Shown piece after piece: positions 38,025 through 46,375 of a stretch of DNA of 64,000 nt; positions within the stretch are counted from its first letter, which is position 1; each line of letters starts with the position of its first letter. The position numbers were made by a program, and so were the translations under genes. Source of the DNA: Candidatus Altiarchaeota archaeon (GTDB taxonomy: Archaea > Altiarchaeota > Altiarchaeia > IMC4 > SCGC-AAA252-I15); contig JBDRLL010000036.1 of assembly GCA_043813075.1 (NCBI GenBank), positions 32,001-96,000 of the forward strand, given 5' to 3'. Below the pieces are notes generated by a model that made no database searches, was not told where the DNA came from, and saw nothing but the letters and a program-made list of their open reading frames with translations.

Positions 38025-38088
38025 CTCAAATAGAAGAAAGGCAAAAATAATACCTCTACAATATATACTGCACCATCCTTTAAAAACA

Positions 38089-39150
38089 TTAGGATTTCGC
38101 TGGACGGGCTTCTATCATCAAATCCCTGCCCATTCTCCTGAAATCAGTGAAATCAAGGCGGAATGCCTTGCTGAGTGAGGGTGCGCCTTCGCCGCCGAAC
38201 GCGGGCGTCTCCCTGCCGCAGAGTATTGTCGGTGCCATGAAGAGGAGCATCCTGTCCACCAGCCCGGACTTCAAGGCTGACGCGTTCACTTCACCGCCGC
38301 CCTCTATCAGTACGGAGGTGACACCCTCCTTACCCAGCCTCCTCATGAGCTTCCTGAAGTCCACGTGGTCGTCGCCCATCACCCAGACCCTCGCCTTCCC
38401 TTCCAACAGTTTTTCCTTCTTCTTCCCGTGCCTCTTGCTCGTCGCGATTATGACGTTATCGTCCTTCAATACTTTCGCGTCCAGGGGAATCCTAAGGCGG
38501 CTGTCCATTATTACCCGGATTGGGTCGCGCCAGCCCCTGAGCCTGCACGTGAGACTTGGGTCGTCCATGAGTACCGTGTTAATACCGACCAGTATCGCAT
38601 CACTCCCGCCGCGAAGCTCCTGAACCATCCTCCTGGACTCTGGTGAGGTAATCCACTTTGACTCTCCGGAAGACGTAGCTATCTTGCCGTCCAGAGTCAT
38701 CCCAGACTTCAAAGTGACGAAAGGCATCCCTGTCTTGACGTGTTTCACGAACACTTCATTAAGCCTCTCAACCTCCCCGGACAATACACCGGAGACAACT
38801 TCAACGCCCGCACGCCTTAGCACGCGCCCGCCTGACACAAGCGGGTTCGGGTCGCGCATACCATACACCACCTTGCTTATCCCAGCATCGAGTATGGCGT
38901 CAGTACATGGAGGAGTCCTCCCGTGATGGGAGCACGGCTCCAGAGTGACATACAATGTAGCACCCCGCGGGTTAGCGCACTTCCTCAACGCCTCTACCTC
39001 TGCGTGAGGCATGCCAGCCCGCCTATGATAGCCTTCACCGATGATCCTCCCGTTCTTAACGATTACCGCACCAACATAGGGATTGGGGGAGGGATTGCCT
39101 TTCCTTGACAACTCAAGAGCCCTGCGCATGAAGTCGGAGTCTTTCATCAT
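38089..39150 (-). CDS. ribD: Bifunctional pyrimidine deaminase/reductase RibD
   Basis: HAE, TLEPCSH...PPC, LDGKIA, EGGG. Confidence 0.96.
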   Translation of the reverse strand: MMKDSDFMRRALELSRKGNPSPNPYVGAVIVKNGRIIGEGYHRRAGMPHAEVEALRKCANPRGATLYVTLEPCSHHGRTPPCTDAILDAGISKVVYGMRDPNPLVSGGRVLRRAGVEVVSGVLSGEVERLNEVFVKHVKTGMPFVTLKSGMTLDGKIATSSGESKWITSPESRRMVQELRGGSDAILVGINTVLMDDPSLTCRLRGWRDPIRVIMDSRLRIPLDAKVLKDDNVIIATSKRHGKKKEKLLEGKARVWVMGDDHVDFRKLMRRLGKEGVTSVLIEGGGEVNASALKSGLVDRMLLFMAPTILCGRETPAFGGEGAPSLSKAFRLDFTDFRRMGRDLMIEARPAKS

Positions 39151-39726
39151 TCAAAGCAGGTGGTGCATCTTATCCCGCTTGGTCTTAAGGTAGCGCAGGT
39201 TATATTCCGTAGGCTCGGTAGTCAACGGTATCCGCTCTACGACGTTGATGCCGGACTCGGCGAGGCCCTTAATCTTCTCCTCATTGTTTGTCAGCAGGGC
39301 GACAGACCCGACTCCAAGCTGCTTGAGTATGTCTGCGGCGACAGTATAGTCCCGCATGTCGGTCGGGAAGCCGAGCTCGTTGTTGGCTTCCACTGTATCA
39401 CGGCCGTTCTCCTGCAGATTATACGCGTTTATCTTGTTCAGCAGGCCTATGCCACGACCCTCCTGCGCAAGGTAGATAAGCACTCCCACGCCACGCTCTT
39501 CTATGTACTGGAGGGCCTTCACAAGCTGGGCGGAGCAGTCGCACTTGAGGGAGTGGAATATGTCGCCGGTAATGCACTGTGAGTGTATCCTGACCGGGAC
39601 ATTCTCAGAGCCCAGGTCGCCCTTGTATACCGCCAGATGCTCCCTGCCATCAGTGTCGCGGAAGGCGCGAGCCTTGAATGAACCATACTCGGAGGGGATT
39701 CCAGCCTCCTCTGATGATTCCATCAA
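39151..39726 (-). CDS. ribA: GTP cyclohydrolase II
   Basis: RIHSQCITGD...CDC, QEGRGIGL, LLTNN. Confidence 0.96.
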   Translation of the reverse strand: MMESSEEAGIPSEYGSFKARAFRDTDGREHLAVYKGDLGSENVPVRIHSQCITGDIFHSLKCDCSAQLVKALQYIEERGVGVLIYLAQEGRGIGLLNKINAYNLQENGRDTVEANNELGFPTDMRDYTVAADILKQLGVGSVALLTNNEEKIKGLAESGINVVERIPLTTEPTEYNLRYLKTKRDKMHHLL

Positions 39727-40172
39727 CCGATCACCTTAGGGGCGTTCTTCCTGTCCAGCATCTTACCCCGCTTAACCAGCTTCACTGCAGACTCGACGCT
39801 CCGCCTAGCGTAATCATCGATCCTCGCCTGGCCTTGCGCGCGGGTCATCCCAGGCCCGGATATCCCCAGCGACACTGGCTTGCCAGTCTCGAGAGACAGG
39901 TCCATCATCTTCCTCGCCGCGTGCTGTGCGACCACTTGATCGTGATCGGTGTCGCCTTCTATAACAGCGCCGAGCGTGACAACCGCGTCAACGTCGTCCC
40001 TGGCCAGCAGTTTCTTTATGGCCAGTGGAGCGTCAAACGCCCCAGGCACCCGGACTATGTGGGTGACGTCGCACTCCAGGAATTCTGCGTGGGCCTTAGC
40101 CCTCTCCATCATGAGGTGTGTTATGTCAGCGTTGAATTCTCCGACCACAAACCCCAGTTTCACGTTATCCAT
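39723..40172 (-). CDS. ribH: 6,7-dimethyl-8-ribityllumazine synthase
   Basis: EFN, VPGAFD, GAVIEGDTDH, GISGPGM. Confidence 0.95.
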   Translation of the reverse strand: MDNVKLGFVVGEFNADITHLMMERAKAHAEFLECDVTHIVRVPGAFDAPLAIKKLLARDDVDAVVTLGAVIEGDTDHDQVVAQHAARKMMDLSLETGKPVSLGISGPGMTRAQGQARIDDYARRSVESAVKLVKRGKMLDRKNAPKVIG

Positions 40173-40195
40173 CTCTTTTTTTCACCTCTTGTTTA

Positions 40196-40651
40196 TTAGA
40201 TCGACCCTGCGTCCGGACCTCCCTGACGCAATCCCATCCCGGCGTTTTCCAGCAGCCAGTCAGGCTTCTTCAGCAGGTAGACCGCGTTCCTAGCGTGCTT
40301 CCTGCAGCGGTCCTCGACGATGGCCTTCAACTCCCTAGGCTTAGCTGCCTCGTCCTCGTGGACGAAGACCTCGATTATGTGCTTTTCAGCCATTAGCTGC
40401 GCCTGTATGAGTCCCTGCGACGCCTCGTGGGCGCACATCCTGTCCTTCTCTTTCCCGCCAGGCATCCCGCATGCGACGCATATGTCACATTCTTTCAGTA
40501 GCATCTTGCATGCTGCAGGCAGGTCCTTTATGCCCGGAACAGTCCTACGTACCACTAGGGTATCGGGGAAGTTGTCGCGTATCTCGCCCGCCACGAGCTT
40601 CCCCATGTTCACCCTGGAGAAGGTGGTGTCCACGACACCTATCCTAGTCAT
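40196..40651 (-). CDS. ribC: Archaeal (pentameric) riboflavin synthase
   Basis: DTTFSRVNMG, TVPGIKDL, IEVFVHEDEA, RQG. Confidence 0.95.
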   Translation of the reverse strand: MTRIGVVDTTFSRVNMGKLVAGEIRDNFPDTLVVRRTVPGIKDLPAACKMLLKECDICVACGMPGGKEKDRMCAHEASQGLIQAQLMAEKHIIEVFVHEDEAAKPRELKAIVEDRCRKHARNAVYLLKKPDWLLENAGMGLRQGGPDAGSI

Positions 40652-41339
40652 CGCACGCGTCCTCCCACGCCCTCTTTATCTCACTCCCGCCGACGAAGAC
40701 GAGGTTGTTTTCCCTGGCGTATTTCACAGCATCCTTTTTTGAAAGCGACTTGTCTTCGTCAAGCATCTCGCAGATGACTGTTGCGGGAGTCAGCCCCGCA
40801 AGCCTTGCCAGAGCCACCGAAGACTCTGTCTGACCCTCCCGCTCCATCATCAGCCCCGGGGCCGCGATAAGCAGTGGCACGTGGCCAGGGCTCCTGAAGC
40901 ATTCCACAAATTTTCTGCGGTCAGGATTCTTGGATAATTCAGAGAACTCCCGTATAGTCTTGGCCCGGTCTACGTCAGGTATCCCAGTGAAAGTGCTCTT
41001 CGCGTTTATGGTTATGGAGAATGATGAGCGCTCGTCGTAGGGCAGGTTGATTGCCCTCAGATCGTGGAGCAGCGGGTATTTCCCTGATGCCGCGTCGTAT
41101 ATGTCCACCATGAAAGGCAGTCCCAGCGACTCCGCTATGCCATTGTCTATTGCCATGCATATCAGGCCGCCCGCTCTGCACCGCATCTCGCGGATGTGCT
41201 CAGGCTTCACGAATTCCGCGGCCACCGCCAGGTCGGTCTCGTTCTCCCGGTCCTCGGAGTCGTGTATCAGTATCATATCGCCGCGCCTCAGAGATTCGAG
41301 GGCTTTTTCTATGCTGTCCATTTCGGAATATATTGACAT
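40644..41339 (-). CDS. ribB: 3,4-dihydroxy-2-butanone-4-phosphate synthase (archaeal type)
   Basis: DRENETD, SSFSITIN, TGIPDVDR, PGHV, CEML. Confidence 0.95.
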   Translation of the reverse strand: MSIYSEMDSIEKALESLRRGDMILIHDSEDRENETDLAVAAEFVKPEHIREMRCRAGGLICMAIDNGIAESLGLPFMVDIYDAASGKYPLLHDLRAINLPYDERSSFSITINAKSTFTGIPDVDRAKTIREFSELSKNPDRRKFVECFRSPGHVPLLIAAPGLMMEREGQTESSVALARLAGLTPATVICEMLDEDKSLSKKDAVKYARENNLVFVGGSEIKRAWEDACDD

Positions 41340-41360
41340 TACTAATTAAAAAAGAGTAGA

Positions 41361-41376
41361 TACTCGAAAATGAGTT
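41361..41376. promoter_or_regulatory. Candidate RbkR-type operator upstream of ribB
   Basis: TACTCGAAAATGAGTT (ACTC-N6-GAGT), 22-37 bp upstream of ribB; resembles the TACT-N8-AGTA RbkR site as I recall it. Confidence 0.5.
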
Positions 41377-41423
41377 AATGTTTTCTTTGGGGGATTAATA
41401 ACCAACCAATCCACATAGAATCT

Positions 41424-41484
41424 GTCCAGGTGATGATAGCGCTCCACCCTGAATACGTGATGACAAGGGTAGCTACTGATGGAC
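41424..41484 (+). ncRNA. Archaeal box C/D methylation-guide sRNA
   Basis: GTCCA stem; box C GTGATGA (41430-36); 12-nt guide; D' CTGA (41449-52); C' GTGATGA (41457-63); 12-nt guide; D CTGA (41476-79); TGGAC stem; intergenic. Confidence 0.92.
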
Positions 41485-41595
41485 CACAACCGCCACTGTC
41501 AGTTGACACCAGGGATCGGCATTCGCTGGGCTCAGCCGCTCTGTGGCGTGATGATGAATCCACTCTTTCCGCCAACACTTTGCGCGAGCCAAAGC

Positions 41596-42822
41596 CTAAT
41601 AGTCGCACAGCTTCCTCTGGCCGCCATCCCAGAACACGTCCTTCTCGCCGGTGAGCGTCGGCCTCCCATAATTCCCGCCGCCGCCCGCGACATACTTCAT
41701 CCTTCCGGAACGGAACAATCCGATAATCTCGGCAACCTTCGGGTTGACCTTTCTCACGTCAGCGAGGTCGGCGTCAACCAGGACGTTAATCTCGGAGCCG
41801 AGCGCCCCGACAATACGGTCCCACTCGGCCTTGACCTTCTTGGCCTGCAGGTTCTTAACGCCAACAGCAAGGGAGACCACCTCAGCCAGGGGGACTACGT
41901 GCATGTAGGGCGGCCTGTGGCCGGGATGCCTGGGCTTATCCCATGCTGCGAGCTCCCCTATCCTCGATTCCACGCCCTTCTTTATTATGCCCCCGCATTC
42001 CGGGCAACGGCGCTTCAATTCAACCACATCCTTGTCGCGGAACTTCAAGTAGCACCTGCTGCAGGCCGTGACATGATACTTGCCCTCCCTAGGATCCAAT
42101 CCGGCATTCAACGCAAAAGACCTGCCGCCCTCACGGATTATCGCCTTCCGGATCTCAGTAAAAGAAAGCCCCCTCAAGCCAAGCCTGTTGAACTCCCTAC
42201 CAAGACGGTGAGGCCACGGACTATGGCAGTCGCTGTTGGCCATGAACGTGAGGCCCTGCAGCTCTTCTATGCGGTCCGCCATCTGCGAGTCCGCGCTCAA
42301 CCCCAGCTCCATGAAGTGAATGTGCTTCATATTCCCGCCATAGCATTCGGGGAGGGAGTCATACTCCTTGTAGACCGCAGTCCACGGCGTGAACGCGTGG
42401 GAGGGTCCGACAAGACCACCGACCTCTCGCGCGTAGTCGACAATCTCCTCGCCAGTCAGCCTCACGTTAGGACGACCATCAGAAGAGATGTTGGGGGAGT
42501 GGCTGGCGAGAGACTCTGCCAGCGACTCTGCCGCAGAGATGGAGGGCAGTATTATGACGTGGTGAACCCGCCTCACATCCTCAACCTCGGTCTGCACGAT
42601 AAACCGCGTGTTAAAACCCTTAGCACAGTACAGGCCATCCTCCTCTGAGAGAATCTCCTTCATATGGCCGAGCCACTTGGGGTGCAGTGCGTCGCCGGTG
42701 GCGACTACGTCAAGCCCCTTGAGGACCGCCTGCCCCGCTATCACCGGAAGGGTCATCTCGTCAGAGACCCCGCCACTGTAGCGGGAGTGTATGTGGAAGT
42801 CGACGTTAAACAGGTCCATCAT
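41596..42822 (-). CDS. PHP-domain TIGR00375 protein (endonuclease Q-like)
   Basis: DFHIHSRYS, HAFTPW, ELGLSAD, NSDCHS, GKYH, CxxC...CxxC. Confidence 0.9.
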   Translation of the reverse strand: MMDLFNVDFHIHSRYSGGVSDEMTLPVIAGQAVLKGLDVVATGDALHPKWLGHMKEILSEEDGLYCAKGFNTRFIVQTEVEDVRRVHHVIILPSISAAESLAESLASHSPNISSDGRPNVRLTGEEIVDYAREVGGLVGPSHAFTPWTAVYKEYDSLPECYGGNMKHIHFMELGLSADSQMADRIEELQGLTFMANSDCHSPWPHRLGREFNRLGLRGLSFTEIRKAIIREGGRSFALNAGLDPREGKYHVTACSRCYLKFRDKDVVELKRRCPECGGIIKKGVESRIGELAAWDKPRHPGHRPPYMHVVPLAEVVSLAVGVKNLQAKKVKAEWDRIVGALGSEINVLVDADLADVRKVNPKVAEIIGLFRSGRMKYVAGGGGNYGRPTLTGEKDVFWDGGQRKLCDY

Positions 42823-42849
42823 AAAACCTAAGACATAAGCTGATATTAA

Positions 42850-44676
42850 TCACTTGATGTAGCCTATCTCCCTGAGCCTGCTTTTGATGTCCTCCTGCAG
42901 GGGGGTTTCGACCAGGCTCCTGTTGGAAAGCGTCTCGTATGTTGGAATGCGGGTGATATTCCCATCACCATGCCTGCCTGGCTTGAGCATCTTAAGCACG
43001 ACACTACCATCCATGTCTGATGCGGGAGGAAGCCCCAGCACATGCAGGAGTGTGGGCGTGAAATCGAGCACAGACGCCCTGCACGTCGCATTCCTCCTGA
43101 ACGGTGGTCCTGCCGCTATGAGAACCCCGTCCAACTGATGAATAGCGAACGTGTCGTTTGACCCTTCAATAGACGACGGATCAACAGGCTCGAATCCATG
43201 GTCAGACAGGATTATGAACGACGTGCCCTCACCCGCACCATCTATGAATTCGCCTATAAGCTCGTCATAAAACTCATAGTACAGGGGTATGGTATCCCTG
43301 AAGGCCATCACCTCGTTCTCGTTGAAAACACGGCCCTCATACGCGCTAGTGTTCATGTAGCCCCAGAAATAGTGCATCAATATGTCCGCGCCCTCGAGAT
43401 AGACGAACAATACGTCAGGCTCGCGAGTACGGTACAGGTGCTTGGCGGACTCTGCGTAGCTGACGTCCAGACTGTACGAGAGCTTAATCCTGTTCAACTG
43501 GCTGGTGTGAACGTGGTCTGAGACGTCCTCGCTGTAGCCGTATCCGAGAGCATCCTCGTGATAAAAACGCTTGACCGCCGTGAGGCCCACCCTCGGCGGA
43601 GTCAAAACAAACCCGCTGAGCTCGCCACTCAACTGTTCAGGGTATGTTATGCTACCAAGATTGCTCACGCTCCTGTTCGTATGCCACGGAAGATACACGA
43701 GGTGGTCTGACACCATGAAACCGTTCACCTCCTCTGCAGGCCACGTGCTCCACAGGCCCACGAAACCGACGGAGACGTTATGCTCGCTGAGGATGTTCCA
43801 TAGTGCCTTGGTCTTACGGAAGGATGATGTTGGGGGGGTCGTGTGAGCCCTGACCAGGTTGTCTTCAAGCACGTATAGCGTGTATTCTGTGATGCCGTGC
43901 TTGTCAGGTGTTTTGCCAGTGAATATGGAGGTCCATACTACGGGGGATGCTATGTACCCGGCATACTCCATCGATGTGAAGTTGCATGACACGCCGAGGT
44001 CAACAAGCTTTTTAATGTTGGGGAGCCTGCCTTCCTCCATAAGAGGCTGCAGCAGCCTCCATGTGGCGCCGTCAAAGCCTATGATTATGAACTTGCCGGA
44101 GCCCACCGCAGTCGTGCCAGACCCCGTAGGAGGTTTGTCCACATCATCCTTCAGGGGGATTGAGAGGACGACCGCTATGACCACGATTACCTTGAGCATC
44201 AGCGAGAGACGTGAACCCAGGGAACGTTCCGTAAGCCCGAGGAAGTCACGCATAAGGTTCAGTAAAGCAGGTACCAGGATGAGGAACAGCAGGAATAGGA
44301 GGTACATGAGGGATAGTGAGGCGGCGATTGGCGAACCCATAAGCTCCAGTGAGGATGCGGTGACCATGATGCTCACCATGGTAAAATTAATTACAAAAAC
44401 AGGGTGGCATCCAGCCGCCCACCCCAGCAACCTTAGGAGAAGCGAAATCACGGCATAAGACAACAAGCCGAGGACGCAGCCGATAAGAGCATAGGTCGAC
44501 AAGAGCCTTAATATCACTCCGGACGTGTCGCCGGAATACCAGCCCACATTCAGTATTATGCCAGCATCCAGGAGATAGATGAGCAATGCAACGGGAAACA
44601 TGAGGGACACTATTCCAGGCAGAAATGACTTGCACGCGAACTTCAATGCTGACGTTAAGAAGTCAGGAAACTTCAT
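42850..44676 (-). CDS. Alkaline phosphatase/nucleotide pyrophosphatase-superfamily protein with N-terminal TMs
   Basis: IGFDGATW, SPVVWTSIFTG, HGI, SDHGF; ends LREIGYIK. Confidence 0.85.
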   Translation of the reverse strand: MKFPDFLTSALKFACKSFLPGIVSLMFPVALLIYLLDAGIILNVGWYSGDTSGVILRLLSTYALIGCVLGLLSYAVISLLLRLLGWAAGCHPVFVINFTMVSIMVTASSLELMGSPIAASLSLMYLLFLLFLILVPALLNLMRDFLGLTERSLGSRLSLMLKVIVVIAVVLSIPLKDDVDKPPTGSGTTAVGSGKFIIIGFDGATWRLLQPLMEEGRLPNIKKLVDLGVSCNFTSMEYAGYIASPVVWTSIFTGKTPDKHGITEYTLYVLEDNLVRAHTTPPTSSFRKTKALWNILSEHNVSVGFVGLWSTWPAEEVNGFMVSDHLVYLPWHTNRSVSNLGSITYPEQLSGELSGFVLTPPRVGLTAVKRFYHEDALGYGYSEDVSDHVHTSQLNRIKLSYSLDVSYAESAKHLYRTREPDVLFVYLEGADILMHYFWGYMNTSAYEGRVFNENEVMAFRDTIPLYYEFYDELIGEFIDGAGEGTSFIILSDHGFEPVDPSSIEGSNDTFAIHQLDGVLIAAGPPFRRNATCRASVLDFTPTLLHVLGLPPASDMDGSVVLKMLKPGRHGDGNITRIPTYETLSNRSLVETPLQEDIKSRLREIGYIK

Positions 44677-46375
44677 CTGGAACCTCCCTTAGGGAGATGT
44701 TATACAATACAGCCCGGTACACGCCCCTCTCAATCCCCTTGTGATGCCAGTCCTCATTCTCCATTGAGAAGACGGGGGTGACGTCAAAACGGTCGTATAA
44801 CTCGAGCCCATACATCCCGGTAAGCGGGAGAACAGCCTTGGTGCGCAAGTCATACAGCTCCCCCCGGGATATGTCGAAGCGCAGGTTAGAGTATACTTTC
44901 CCGGTCTGCGTGTTCTTCAGCATCATATCCTCCTTGCTGTAGGCGAGGAAGTCCTCGATGAGTATGTCATAACCCAGGCCCTGGGTCGTAGCGTAAACGG
45001 AAGTGCCGTGACGTAATACCCCCTCAAGGTAATCCAGGTGAGCCTTGATCTTATCCGGATAAATGAGGTCGTTGCCGCTCGGATGGCCTGTAGAATTCCG
45101 CCGGGCATAATACTCATAATGCTGGCTCTCATCCATCGCGATTATCAGGGAGTCCTCCCCAGTAACCTCCCTTATCCTTTTAGCGAACTCGCACGGCCCA
45201 CAATAGCTGCGCCTGTACTCCACTATGGGGTATATGTTGTACATCATCAGGGAGACCAGTATGAACAGGACTATTCCGGCGGCAGCATCCTTGTATCTCA
45301 GCCTAATCCTGTCCAGCGAGTAAGACATCATGACGACTGGCACAGCAAGCGCGGGTATCACAAACCTCGGGGAAGTGGATATCAGATTCCCGAGATACAT
45401 GAAGAACGCCAGGAACCATAGGGACAAGGCGGCACACAAGTGCCTGTCCTCAACCCACAGGTAATACAAGCCGCCCAGGAACAAGACCCATCCTATCCAG
45501 GTCAAAGAGAACGTGGCCCAATCCAGGGACTTCGTCAGGTTCGGGGTGAACAATCCGAATCCACGGTTCGTCTCAGACCCTACGGAACGCATCTTCCCAG
45601 GCAGCGAGAACGAGGGGTCATCCATCATCTTGGGAACGAAGAAGAGGGTGAACACGATGAACGCGGGTACCGCTAGGACTAGGATCTCCCTCAATAGTTC
45701 GCCGTAAGTCTTTGACAGCATTATCTTAGTCTTCTTCCTGGATTTCTTCACCTCAACGGGCATGCTGCCGTGAGCGTAAAGCAGGATGAATGCGGGGAAA
45801 AGAAGTGCGCTCGTCTGGCGTATGGCCATCGTAAAGCCAAGGAGGCACGATGCCAAAGCCAAAAGCCTTAACGACTTCCTCTCGCCCGCCTCCAGGACAA
45901 CATAGGCTGACAGCAGCAGGAAGAACAATTCCATGCCATGCCCCTTACCGTAGGTTGAAAGCGAAAGGTGGACTGGCAGGAACGTCAGTATCAGGCCAGC
46001 GTATATGCCAGCGTAATCAGAGTTGAACAGCCTTCTCGCAAGCAAGTATGCCGCCGGAATGCATAGGGCGCCGAAGAGGACTCCAGCGAACAATACCGCA
46101 GACTCCGCGCTGGTCGCGCCCAACAACTTGAACACCGCGTAAGTGAGCGTCATCAGCACCGCCTCCCCAGGGTAACCCAGCTCCCCCTGCAGGTAGTGGA
46201 GCCTCCCTGTGGCGAGGGTGTCTTCAGCAGCCCTCGCGCCGATGACAGAGTCAGTGTGCCACAGGCCCGCTGACTTGAAGTAATACCTCACTCCAAAAGC
46301 GATGAGGAACAATACCAGCGCTATCTTAAGCTCCCTGACGCCCAAACCCGGCTTCCTCAACTTCCGCATCCGCAC
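44663..46375 (-). CDS. GT39/ArnT-like (GT-C) membrane glycosyltransferase
   Basis: WHTDS, GYPG, IRQ, PRF; multi-pass. Confidence 0.72.
   Translation of the reverse strand: MRMRKLRKPGLGVRELKIALVLFLIAFGVRYYFKSAGLWHTDSVIGARAAEDTLATGRLHYLQGELGYPGEAVLMTLTYAVFKLLGATSAESAVLFAGVLFGALCIPAAYLLARRLFNSDYAGIYAGLILTFLPVHLSLSTYGKGHGMELFFLLLSAYVVLEAGERKSLRLLALASCLLGFTMAIRQTSALLFPAFILLYAHGSMPVEVKKSRKKTKIMLSKTYGELLREILVLAVPAFIVFTLFFVPKMMDDPSFSLPGKMRSVGSETNRGFGLFTPNLTKSLDWATFSLTWIGWVLFLGGLYYLWVEDRHLCAALSLWFLAFFMYLGNLISTSPRFVIPALAVPVVMMSYSLDRIRLRYKDAAAGIVLFILVSLMMYNIYPIVEYRRSYCGPCEFAKRIREVTGEDSLIIAMDESQHYEYYARRNSTGHPSGNDLIYPDKIKAHLDYLEGVLRHGTSVYATTQGLGYDILIEDFLAYSKEDMMLKNTQTGKVYSNLRFDISRGELYDLRTKAVLPLTGMYGLELYDRFDVTPVFSMENEDWHHKGIERGVYRAVLYNISLREVPDEVS

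Noticed and set aside
41340-41595. FMN riboswitch upstream of the rib operon
   Set aside because: The RFN consensus segments are absent on both strands.
41375-41654. Short ORFs 41375-41608 (-) and 41430-41654 (+)
   Set aside because: They have no protein-like features, and the region is better explained by the C/D sRNA.
41479-42648. Long antisense ORFs (389 aa here; also 46405-47403, 36685-37329, 1073-1762)
   Set aside because: They are shadow frames opposite well-supported genes and have no recognisable motifs.
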